This document shows, piece by piece, positions 38,406 through 50,691 of a stretch of DNA of 64,000 bases; the first letter of the stretch is position 1, and each line of letters begins with the position of its first letter. The notes beneath the pieces were generated by a model, which worked only from the letters and a program-made list of their open reading frames with translations, was not told the DNA's origin and did not search any database. Made by a program: the position numbers and the translations under genes. The stretch comes from Mytilus californianus (taxonomy: Eukaryota). Where the stretch lies: NCBI RefSeq assembly GCF_021869535.1, contig NW_026262734.1, positions 103,912,001 through 103,976,000 on the forward strand. The letters are read 5' to 3'.

Positions 38406-41165
38406 CTGTTGTTCATGTAAGGTTCTATAACCAGGTACAGGGCCTGATCTTGGAGGGGTTGATATAGCATCTGTTGAAGTTGAAATCTCTCTCTCATCAC
38501 TGTCATGACTGTAAGATCCAGTCATATTCCTGCTCTGTGAGGACAAGTTTCCATATCTGGCATACAGTTGTGACAATAGAGCAGTATCTGTTTCTGACAT
38601 CCTCAATGGATTGGTAGAATGTGAATGATCCATACTAACTTCGGGTGCAGAAGCATTTGCAAAATTTTGATGTAAATTTTGTGAAAGAATGTTTCTTTGG
38701 TATCTTACCATAACACTAGGATCTGATAAATCAATTTCTCCTTGTGTATTGTATAGATTTCTTGATGGTGAATGGTCCATGTGTTGCATTCTACTCCCTG
38801 GCTGTATTCCATGCCTTAAATCACTTTCATTGTTCAGTTTTTGTAAATTATCTTCATTTCTTAATTGTCGTCTGCTTGTTTCATAATCATGATCATCATG
38901 ATGTTTGAACAAAACATGCTGGTTTGCTGGAACACTTGATGTTCCTGCATCTTCGTCTGGGTACTTTGATTGTGAAAGATTAACATGAGCATAACCAATG
39001 TTTTCTGTCACATTTGGATTACTGGCTGTTTGATCTCTTGTTATATTATTTGCCTTATACTGGTCCCTGGGAGATGTAACAGGGCTCTGCCTTAAATCGT
39101 ATGAATTTTTCATTATTCTAAATGAGCTCTCTCCATTTCTTTGTGGAGAACGATTATTTTCAATTCCAAAAATTTCCCTAGAGTTGTTCATAGTTTGTTG
39201 GGGTGTACTAGAACGTTTGCAAAAATTTTCACTTGGGTCACCTTGACCTTGAAGTATTTCTTTCTGCTCCTGACTTTTATCCTTACATGTTAATATTTCA
39301 CCAGTATCAATGATTATACATTCTTTTTCACGGGGAGATAACTTACGACAAACTTTATAATTTCCATAGTTAATTGGATAGTCTGGATAATTTGGAAGAG
39401 GATCAAGTTTTGGCATTCCTTGACTTCCACAAGCCTCTTCACTTTGTTGTCGTTCATAGATGTTTTTCTTTTGAGGTTCAACTGATGATTGGATATCTGC
39501 CTCATTTTCAGAAGACAAATGTTCATCTCCATTTTCTACGGTTCTTGAAGCATTTTGTTCTGTTTCAATTGTATCGTTTAAACTAATGTGCTCAGAAATT
39601 TCTTTAATATCTTCCTGAATCTGATCTGTTACCCGAGTTGCTTCTGCTTCTTTTCTATCAATAACCATTGAAACTGCAATTTCCATAGCAACTGGATTTG
39701 CTGTAATTTCAGGCTCTCCTCTCCTGTTCCCATTCTCATCAAATTCAACTTCCTGTCCATCTGCACTTTCCTCACCAGAGGGCAGGCATTCTTCTCTTGT
39801 CAATGAATCAACAACTGTTTGAGACCATTCTTTTCTTTCATCTATTTCAATCTCATCTTTGTCATCTGGATGTTTAATTTGACTTTCATCTACCTCTGTT
39901 GTCAACCTTTCTTTTAATACTGATTCTTCATCATTTTCAAGTCCTTCATCAGAAGAAAAGGAAGTATCATTATTAAAAGTAGACACAGCTGTATCGAGGA
40001 CATGTTTGACGATTATATTTGCCAAATTACTGGTGTCAGTAGCACTGCTTTTATCCTCATCTTCTTCTTCATTTTCCCTTTCCTCTGGTTTAAATTCAGT
40101 TTCCATGACAATTATCTCATTCTCAGGTTTTTCTAAATTCGGATCTTTTTCAGAATGCACAGTTTGATCTTCTAAGTTATCTTTTTTTATTTCTTCTGTT
40201 TTTATATTTTGCACATTTCCCGATGAGCTATCAAAGGAATCAAAATGTTCTTCCGATTTAATGCTATTTCTTTCATCGATCTGATTAGTTTCACTTCCAG
40301 AATCTACATGGTCAGAAACAGTTTTCTGCTTCACCATCAAAAGTTCTTCTGATATTTCCTGAAAATTTCCATTTTCATCATCATTAACACTGCTTTCCTC
40401 TGAACTAACTATTTCTTCCTTAGATTTAGTTTCATCTTTTACAGCACCAATGTCTGTGCTTGCTTTAGTTTCAGTTGTTGTAATCTTTTCATCTACTATA
40501 AATTCTTTTTTATCATCATCCTCATCAGTAGTGATTTCAACATTTACATACTGATGATATTCTGTGACTGCCTTAACCATGCTAACAGACTGCTGACTTG
40601 TTTCATCACCTTCCATTTCTTCTTTCTGCTTACTATCATGACTATCACTCATTTCATCCACAATTCCTATCTCATCTTTTTTAACTTCACTTGTGACAAT
40701 ATTTTGCCCATTATCAGAGCCAAATGTTTTACTGTCACAGCTTTCAGATTCAGATTGAATCTCTTCCTTTATGGATTCAGTTATTTCTGAACCTTCATCT
40801 TCAAAAGTGTCATTCTCATAATCATTTTCCTGACTCTCAGTTCTGATGTCTTCAGAATGCTCAGAGTCTCCTTGAATCTCAGTTTTAATGTCTTTGATAG
40901 GCTCAGTGTCTCCTTGAACCCCAATTCTTATGTCTTTAGAAGGATCAGTGTCTCCTTGAACCTCAGTTCTTATGTCTTTAAAAAGCCCAGTATCTCCTTG
41001 ATCCTCAGTTTTAATTTCTTTAGGGGACTCACTGTCTTGCTGAATTTCAGTCCTGTCTTTAGAGGACTCAGTGTCTTGCTCTGTTGTCTTTGTTGTTTTG
41101 GAAGTGTCTCCGATTGCACCAATATCTTCTACCTGATTAGATTCTTCCAATGGAGGAGACTCCAT
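38406..41165 (-). CDS. MPHOSPH9: MPHOSPH9 coding exon 1 (2760 nt, acidic low-complexity)
   Basis: Acceptor tatttccag at 41170, ATG 4 nt into the exon, donor CAG|gtaaaa, phase 0 into exon 2; 920 codons open. Confidence 0.82.
40835..41092 (-). repeat. Coding 42-bp (14-aa) tandem repeat, about 6 copies
   Basis: Peptide units such as KDIRTEVQGDTDPS, KDIRIGVQGDTEPI and KDIKTEIQGDSEHS. Confidence 0.85.
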
Positions 41166-41676
41166 TCTTCTGGAAATAAATAAATACTAATAACTGTAAA
41201 AGCTTGAGATTCACAAAGGTAGAAATTAATATAAATACTGGAAAATACCAAAATGGCAGTGGGTCAAGAAAATATTGACATTTGAAAATATCTACAGGCC
41301 AACAGAAGATGGTGACCCTTACTAGTGTTGGCCAATTTAAAAAAAAAAAGAATATATATATATCAGAAATAATCAGCGGTGTATATACTTCATTTGAATA
41401 TACTGTCCTTGCCAGATATTTTGAAATACAACTAAAAAATGAAATTCAAAAGTTGAGGTTTGTAATCTTTCTCAGATTATTTGTTACTATCATGGGAATC
41501 TTCTTTCAAGATACAATTTTGTAATTTTAAACTATTAAAAAATGATTGATTGATTGTTAATTTTAGCATTGTTTATCTTTCCAAATCTTCTAATCAATTA
41601 TTGTCCTGAATATGCATAAAATATTTGCCACTAGACATTAAGCAACCAACAATCAATCAATCTAATCAATTATCTT

Positions 41677-42412
41677 CAGTCAAGGGTCTAACTTAAATAA
41701 GTTATTAGAGAAAAATAACACACATTTGTTATTGAGGGCTAAAAAATCAAAAATCTGTGATAACATATGTATGTTACATGTTTCAAAGGGGCATTATACA
41801 TCCTTTATTTTGTTAAATCGTGTACTAGTTCTATTGATATTATAATTGTCTTTATGTATATTAAACTTTAGAAAGATATAACAGCCCATAGTTTGCCAAT
41901 CATGCATAACACACCCATGTTATTACAGAAAAAGTATGCCTGTAATAACTAAAGGGTGTTATTACAGCTTCTCTACATCTCTTCAAAGCCTTTTCTCCTA
42001 CATATATCACAATGTATTTTAATTTATTGTAATAAATAATGATAAGAGCATGTAATGAGGTTCTGCGCAAGCTTCCTTAAGTCATTCCCAAATGTCTCAT
42101 GTAATAAGTTAAATGCCTGTAATAACTAAGCATTGTTATTACAGCTAAGTTATTACTTAAAAGCCTTGTCTCATTGATTTACCATGGTTGATCAAAAATG
42201 TATTAATTTAATTGGAAAATTAGTTTTCAAGGTTATGTATTAAGTTACTGCGCAAGTTTCAAGAATTCCCAAGTGCCCACTGAAAATAAAAAAATTTATG
42301 GTACATTTAACTGATAAAAAACATATGTTACTACAAATTAAGAGAAAGTATCCATAATAACACATGTATGTTATTTTTCTCTAATAACTTAATCAAGTTA
42401 CACCCTTGACTG
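41677..42412. mobile_element. Non-autonomous TIR element (CAGTCA[AG]GGG family), copy 3
   Basis: TIRs cagtcaaggg / cccttgactg; direct repeat ATCTT at 41672-41676 and 42413-42417. Confidence 0.78.
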
Positions 42413-44488
42413 ATCTTAGGACATTATTTCAACAATAACCCTCTCCCCCAAAAAACAAGCAAACATGGAATGAGTACTAACAGGATTTAGGTGATTTTAC
42501 TTAAAGGCTATAGTAAACATGATTTCTATCAAAACTAGTTATTACTTTAATTTTATAGTTCAATATTTTTTGGTTATTTTTTCAGTATATTTTTGTTTTT
42601 ATTATATATTTTTAATACTATAGACCATACTTAATTGATCCCTCTAAATAATTCTCATTTTATTTATCCTACCTTATTACATGTATGGTTCCGATGGGTT
42701 TTATATATATATCAATTGTTAAAGGTCATATAGGTACTTAATAATTAACTGATTTAGGTGAGAAAAAAAAAAGTGTTTTGTCCTTTTCCCTGGATCTTTC
42801 TTCCATCCCCCCACCCCTAAATTAGTATCATGTAACCATAGTTACAACAATCACAGTGCTACAATTTAATGGATATTAAAACAGTACATTTTTTTAACCT
42901 GTGTTCACAGAGTGATCAAGAAAATTATTAGCTTTTTAAATTATAGAAAAACAAAATGAAGCATAAAGCTGTATTTTTGCTATCAAGAATATAAGTTGTT
43001 AAAATAAAGATCTATATGTGTAGGTTTTGGATCGTCATTTAAAATATTTAACATACATGACATACCTGAGAATGCTAAGCTTGTTGGGAAAACATCAACT
43101 TTAAACTTGTTTAAGACATTTTATCTAACGTTTGTCTTAACAGAACTGATGGCCATTTAAACTCTATCTTTTATCTAGATTAATAAAAGACCAAGTAATA
43201 AATCTTGTCATTTATAAAGTGATTTCTGAATTTAAATGACAATAAAGTCTACATTAAAGTTCAACTTTAGCTTGACATCTATCAACACCCATCTTGTTAT
43301 ACGTTATCATGAATATCATTACATGGGGATTAAACTTTAATTTGAACTGACAAAGAATCTAAAAACTGTCAATACAAAATATTTATTCTACTTGAATATT
43401 GGTCAGTTAAACATAAAGACTTGAAAATTAGAGAACTATACATGCTGTAGAAATTATCTGACTTCCCCATTGTTTCTGTGGCCTAGGTTACAAACTTTAC
43501 TGTTACACATTTTTTGTGTGTCTACATTTTAGTCCATCTTAGTTTCGCTTTAAAGAGTAAGAATTATCTTCTAATTTCTGATAGTCAAAGCAATGATTTC
43601 CTTATTGCCTTAAATGTATAAAAATACAAAATGATGATCGTTTTTAATGTTTTATAAAATCATCATGATCATTTTGAGTCTCAAATTTTTATTTTGACAT
43701 CAGTTATCTCCCTTAATAAACATACATGACATAATCATGATAATGTAGAGGAAAAAATTACAAACACACAAATTGGGAATCAAAATAAATTCTAAGAGCT
43801 AAGTGATATAAAATTTATTACAAACATATAATGTGTCTTTAGATCTGATTGATTAATACAGCTTAAAAAAATTTCCAGGATTTTGGCTGTCTACTCTTCT
43901 GTCAGATTAATATAATTTAAAAAGATTTTTATAGCAATACAAGCTCCTCTTACAATGAAATCCCTGCCTTCAACTCTTAAAAATCAAATGACTTCTTCAA
44001 AGTTTTAGTAAAACTCTGAAAAGACTGATAATTTGGATATATATCATTATATAGTGGTTATAATAAAGGATAGAATAGATTTTCTATTGATAAAAAATAA
44101 AAGAAATATGATGAGGAATTAAAAGTTGTATAGCTGTAAATTCCTACAGTTTCAGATAATGGTCACAATGATGGTAATTATAACATGGAAGTATTCTACT
44201 GACAGTATAATACTTCCATGTTATAACAAATTCATGGTCACATATTCCTAAGATTAGTGGGATTTTTGTAGTTTTGTCTATTTTATTTAAGGGTAAAGCA
44301 TCACTGTAAAAGATTATTTACTTAGTTCATATTTTATTTAAACGAAAGTGAACCAAGACCTGGTGAATCTGTAGTACGGTAGAGTCCCTGATTATATTTA
44401 ATGAAAAAAGTGAACACTTTGTAAATGATGATATATATATGTATTTATCTTCATGATCTTTGCTTAAAATATTAGATTGATCCATGAA

Positions 44489-44703
44489 TACTGTAAATTC
44501 AGAAATTATTGCGTGCATAAGTTTATTATTGCGATTTTGTCATTTTAGACTAAAATGCGATTTTAATTTTTGCGATATTGAGAAAAATCCTGTTTAATTC
44601 ATATAAAAAATTTCAAAATGCAAATTTAAATTATTGCGATTATAACTCCTGTTGCATTTTTCACAATAATAAAAACATCGCAATAATTTCTGAATTTACA
44701 GTA
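44489..44703. mobile_element. MITE (TACTGTAAATTCAG TIR family)
   Basis: Near-identical inverted copy of 62596-62805. Confidence 0.85.
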
Positions 44704-44833
44704 CCTTACTAGAAAATGAATGTTGGAGACATTTTCTACCGTCAACAAGTTGAATGCAAAAAATATGATAAAAGGCAAAGAATATTTTATTGTTTTATCT
44801 TGATACAGCTTGTAACATAGTGTGACATAATTA

Positions 44834-45090
44834 TTGATTGATTTATTGATTGGTGTTCAACTCCACTTTCAGCACTTCGAGCTATTTCGTGGCAGTCAAG
44901 TTTTATTGGTGGAGGAAGCAGAAACCCAGAGAGATCAACTGACCTTCGGAAGGAAAACTGACAATCCTAGATAATTAAGATTGGATTCAAACACACCTAC
45001 CACGTGTGGGATTTGAACTCACAACCTCAGTGTTGATAGACTAGTGACACAGTAGTTCGACTTCTTAGACCACTCAGCCATCAAGGCCCC
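44834..45090 (-). mobile_element. tRNA-derived SINE (V-domain-like)
   Basis: Reverse complement of the SINE at 59841-60096; ends in a (caat)n tail. Confidence 0.75.
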
Positions 45091-45106
45091 TTTGACATCA
45101 TTATAT

Positions 45107-45245
45107 AAATAACACATAGCTGAGAGGATGATAGAGCAGATTGTTACCCCGAGAAAACATTGTCAACTGAGGCGAAGCCAAGGTTGACAATGTCTTTTCG
45201 AGGGGTAACAATCTGCTCTATCACCCTCTCAGCTATGTGTTATTT
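45107..45245. mobile_element. 139-bp fold-back MITE
   Basis: aaataacacatagctgagagg..gttacccc / ggggtaac..cctctcagctatgtgttattt, nearly perfect arms of about 60 bp. Confidence 0.8.
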
Positions 45246-47000
45246 GATTTATTATCAATGATTATACTGAATGTTCTGTTATTACTGTCTATCAAATTTT
45301 AAATTCAAAGTTATAAACTATGACGTCTTGTACATAACAATCATATGTATTTATTAAAGTGACACTTGAGCAACCGTCTCCGTAAAGGGTAATAGAGTAT
45401 TTGCCATGGGATAGAGTAAATTGTTTCCCTGGTATTGACCAATCAAAATCTGGCATTTTGACATGAAGTTTAATAATACAAAATATGTAAGTTATCATGC
45501 TTTAAAGATATTTTGGTCTTAAATTAAAATGTTACAAGCATTATTCAAAATGTACATGTATCTAAACATTCCAGTGATTGTAATACACCATTTTTTCATT
45601 AAAACAGGAGATTTGTCTAGGCATAATGCAAGTTGGAGCTTGCTAATGAGTATGGGAAAATGTCTGCTCATTATAGATAGTATTTTAAAAGGTGAATTTT
45701 CATGAATGCCATGATGCAAATGTTTTACCATTAAAATTTTGATCGAATGTGATTATGGACTTTTACAGTTTGCTGAAATTTCAAACAGAATACAATTTAA
45801 ATATTATGCAAGATTGTATGGCCATTGGTCAGAGACCACACATATAGCCAGAGAGGTTTTGATGTTCGGAGGACCTCTCACCCTGAAAACAAAAATTTAC
45901 TAAGTAAAGTTGAAATTTAGATTGAAGTTGGGCTATTAAAGACAGAGTGTCATGGCCCCTAATTAACCCCCTCAGAGACATCATGGCTATGGTCTGGAGA
46001 CTAAACAGTTCATACATAAACAACAAATCCTTACTAAAATACAATGTACGAATACCCACACTTTTCTTGTGATGGTTCGGAAATGACAATAACTTGCTAG
46101 TAAACTGCCTTAATCATGTTTATCAATCAATTTCATTCCAATTCAACATGTTCAATGATCTAATTCACTTTAACCATCAATTTCTAATTAATGAATGTAA
46201 ATCATGTTGATTTCACAGTATCCAAATTCCGGTTAGGAAAGATCAATAACAAAATGTTGTCTTGCAAATGAACTTTTAGATGAAGAAAAAGTTCAAGGTC
46301 AAATCTAAAATAAACCTCAAGATACATATTTGTTATTTAGTTTTTGAACATGTTGAATGGCTACACATTCCTTGTAATAATTAAAAAGATTTATTAAATC
46401 ATTTTCTCAGTTTCATGTAATTAGAGAGATTTTTTTAATCGAGAGTACTTACACATGTCATGCATGTACATGTATGACAATATTTTAGAAAAAAAGTAAT
46501 AGTTAGTAAAATTTAATTATCTGCCAGTATTAAACTAAAAATGTAAATGTTTGTGCATTATTCATCCCATCTATATACATGATATATGTATAAAGCAATA
46601 AACCAAAAAGTGTGATAAATCAGGTTAGCAGTAAACACCGGATCTATATTCACGTAAAGGTCATGAGTTGAGGAGTGCGTCATTAAAAATGCATCTGCCT
46701 CAGGGTTTTACCTAGCACCTACATCATGTACATTTGAACATATATCGTTTGATAGTCCTAATACATTTTTACATGGAACTTCTTTAGAATTAATGAATGG
46801 TCATCGTTATTGATCATTTGAACTATTTTCAGATTTTGTTGTAATAAATTTGAAAGTGTAATTAACCTTAGTTTTGCAGTATTTACTAAAAATCATGACT
46901 GAATTTGAAGATTGAAAAATGTGTTGCTTTAACGTTTAAGGTCTGCTCTGATTTGTGATAAAAGAGAGTGACATGGTCTGAGATACATGTAGATTTTAGA

Positions 47001-47242
47001 TACTTTAAATTCAGAAATTATTGCGAGGTTTTTATTAATTTGAGTAATCATGGTAATGCAACTTGGTGATTATCGCAATATAAATAACAAATGAATAAGA
47101 ACTCGCATTCTGAAATCTGATACATATATCTGTATGCAGATTTTCCTGAAATCGCAATAATGGAACTCACATTTTGTCCATTCTACATGTTCTACAAAAA
47201 TTGCCATAATAAATGCACGCAATAATTTCTGAATTTACAGTA
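47001..47242. mobile_element. MITE (TACTGTAAATTCAG TIR family)
   Basis: TIRs at both ends; internal part resembles 19204-19415 and 60568-60761. Confidence 0.75.
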
Positions 47243-49571
47243 CATGAGAGTTGATAGTCTTATGAGATAAACAGAAAGTAGTCTCTTGGGTAAAGATCTC
47301 TTTCAGCATGTCAAGAGTGTAAAGGTGGTTTTAATCCTTAAGTGAGACTTATGTTTGGGAAATGCATGTATATATAGCCTAGAACAAATTTTAAGTGCAA
47401 ATGATACAGTAGCAAGGGCAGTTGATAATGTGTCCAAATTTCACGTGTTGTATGTGCAATCATGGCAATGTTGCTTATATTCATGATACATGTATTAGCA
47501 ACCAAAATTCACAGAAAAATCACTAATGCCATCAGTCATGTGTCAGTTACATGAATTTGAAAGTATATGCAAATGAAAACAAACATGTTGTATTTAAGCA
47601 ATTGAAATTTACTGCAAACTCAAACATTTTTATGAATAAGTAACACCGGTAAACCCAATGTCAATCAGCATAAATAGCGTCATTGAAAAATCAGTTCTTA
47701 CTGTGAAATAATAACATATAAGCATTGTGATGTAAGAAATGTACAGGAAAATGCAAGAATTTGAAAGTCATCTATACATTTATATGGGTTGGGACCTTTT
47801 TACAGGTATCAATCTGCAGTGATAAAAAACTGAAATATGTATTTCACCATAATGAATGATGTGGCGCAAACATTCATATAAAGGGGAACATTTTTCCCTC
47901 TTCAGGGCATACCATACAGTTTGATCCCACAGTGATCTTTTTTAAGAAAAATTTGCATTATATATAAGCTTTTTTACACCCTGTCAATTCAAATATATGT
48001 AATAAAATATATACCTTCATGTGTACTTTTAGAGATAAATTGGGTCGAAATTTGGAATACACATGTACCTTATTTGCACAAGTATGCCCTTAATTTGTTC
48101 TACAATTCTTTGGAAATAATTAATTTTTATTAACATCATAATTTCAAATAAAAACAGCAATTTTTGTGGTATATATTTAGTAAAATTAAAAACATTTCAA
48201 TCGCTGACTTTCTCATAAAAATTGGTATAAATAATCTTCATCTATAATCAAGTCAAATGTCATTTTAACAGCACTCATTTTCAAGCTAATGATTAAAATG
48301 AGTAGAAAAATGCATCTTTTCCCAATATGTCACAGTTTGGCGTTGTAAAACAATAACATAATATGTTGGCGACATCATTACCTCCACTGTAACTGTATCT
48401 TATGCCCTTAAGACCATACATGTAGTTTAAATGAGAACTGAATACAAAGATAAAGACTCCAAAAATCCTACTTTTTGAAGGCTTTTAACTTTCACCATGA
48501 AGATATTTCAGTCATGGTCTTTTCATTATGCTTTTGGGGTAAAATGTCGTCATTTACCTGAATGTTTGCGCCATGATAGACAGCAAACATCTTGAAATCC
48601 AAATTTTTTATCTTTATCACTGATATCTATTTTGGGGTATAATTGTAACAGGATTGATTCCCTTAGTCATGTTAGTACACGTAGTAGATACTTAGCCAAC
48701 CGTAAGCGGTTGAGCTAGGAAAATACTTCTTTAGCTCTGTGAGTCGGTTAAAGCACTGCCTTGTAACACAGAGATCCCAGAGGAGACCATGTGATTGTGT
48801 AGTGAACATCATGCTCTCTGGTTACATTTGGTGTCCAACGATTTAAAAACCCAGTGGTTAGAGGATTTCTAGCCAGGGTATGTGTTGTTTGAGTCATAAT
48901 GGTATGATGACTCTTGAGGTGGTTGAAGTGTGACAGGATTGCTTTCCTTAGTACACATAGTAGATACTTAGCCAGACGTAAGTGGTTGAGCTACATTTTG
49001 TACAATGAACTAGGGAAGTACTTCTTTATCTCTGTCGGTAAAATAAAGTGCTGCCTAATGCAACACAGAGGTCCCAGGTTCGAGTCCCAGAGGAGATCAT
49101 GTGATTCTCTAATGAAAATCATGCTCTCCGGTTACATAATACCCATAAACAGTTCTGCCAACTTTTAATAATGCAAATGCGTGAGATTTGGCCAAAATCG
49201 TAAAGATCAAAGAGGAAAATGCCGCCAAATAAGCATGAAAATGCGTGAGTCTCACGCTCAATGCGTGAGACTTGGCAGCCCTGCATAAATGAGGATAGAA
49301 TCCATTTATTAGGATCTTACCCAAACTATACAACAGATACAGTTTTTAAAGTCTGCCTAACATCTAGATATTGCACAACAATTAGAGTCCATTGAGAACA
49401 AAACTTTAGAAACAAAAGAGATTAATTTAGGAAAGCGTAACAGCAAAAAATTAAAATAGCCTTTCAAGATGTAATAATTATTAAATTGACTACATGCAAT
49501 GGACAACATGGACAAAATCCAAAATACAAAACACATGACATAACATTGAACACAACATTAAGTGCACTTAC

Positions 49572-49960
49572 CATGTAATATCGTATAATGAAACAATGTA
49601 TATAACAGGACCAAAATTAAAAAAAATTGCAGTATTTAACTGACTTAAATCACAAACATAAAAATTTAAAGTTCAGGTCAAAACTTGCGTTTGAAGAGGC
49701 GCGTTAACCGTTATTTTTCACAACAAATATTCATGAACAGCCATACCTACAGAATGGAAAAGGATTTTTGTCACGTGCAGATCAAGTGTTGTTGATAACT
49801 AATTGACAAAATAGTACAAATGATATCATTTTGTGGTTTGTAATCCGTTTTCGTTATCAAAACAAATAATAAACTCGCTTCTAATTCTACTAACAATCAA
49901 GGTTAGACAAACGCTTGTAACAGATTAGACAGGTGCTGCTCGCTGATTCCCACAAAATCT
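49572..49960. promoter_or_regulatory. Candidate bidirectional promoter / first non-coding exons of MPHOSPH9 and MTRFR
   Basis: Unique sequence with raised CpG between the divergent genes; strong minus-strand donor ATG|gtaagt at 49572/49571; TTTGAA next to GGCGCG at 49690-49703; CACGTG at about 49771. Confidence 0.35.
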
Positions 49961-50691
49961 CATGAAATATTAATTTTTCCATCTGTTACAGTTTTATCCA
50001 ATGTCTGATTTCTTTTTATTAAGACCCCATTTTCTTGAGGGTAAATTAAAGCACACATATTGATTGGTATTCAATAAATCAACCTTGGAAGACCAGAAAA
50101 AAAATATTACATTGTGACAAGGGAGATAATTATAAAAAAAATAGAGACACAACAATATAGGTATAGATTGGTGTTGATAAAATGAAAAAAAAGAAGATGT
50201 GATATGATTGCCAATGAAACAACTCTCCACCAGAAACCAAATGATGTTAAAGTTAGCAACTAGTCTAGTATAGGTCACTGTACTGTGTACAGCTCAACAT
50301 TAGACAACAAGGATCAAAACCCAGCCTAGTCCAAATAATTATGACGTCTTGAAAGGCGTCAAAGCAAAAACATAAAATAGTCTTTCAAGGTGTCATAATT
50401 ATTTGGACCAAACCTGGCCATATCCCGAAGCAAGCTGAATCAGGGTCAATTCGCCCAAAATCGTGTTCAGTGGCGGATCCAGAGGGGGGCGTAGAGGGCG
50501 TACGCCCCCCTTTGCTTGAACTTTTTTTTTTTTTTTTGTAAAATTATTAATCAGACTAGACTTAGTGAACTTTGCCATTTCCCGGCAGTGTATTTAATTT
50601 TTATGCGTCAATTCTTAACTTATAAAGATATTTTTCGCTCGTATTTACTGTAATATATTATTGATTATGTTGAAGTCATGTGATTCGCTAC

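Larger units (their letters stand above)
17235..41165 (-). other. MPHOSPH9: Gene span: M-phase phosphoprotein 9-like centriolar coiled-coil protein, about 1837 aa, 16 coding exons
   Basis: All 15 introns are GT-AG with consistent phases; CDS 5514 nt. Motifs LREKHAKHMADLREYYEKEL, NKLYDARTEIVELKRTVSKLE, SSPTRFDI and ERELGSIRMSLKRYNVLKTS match remembered MPHOSPH9 segments (KHARHIADLRAYYESEI, DAHTQISDLKRTISKLE, SSPIRFDI, RELGSVRMTLKKFHVLRTS). Confidence 0.87.

Noticed and set aside
40857-41183. 108-aa plus-strand ORF
   Set aside because: Antisense shadow of the 42-bp coding repeat in the MPHOSPH9 exon.
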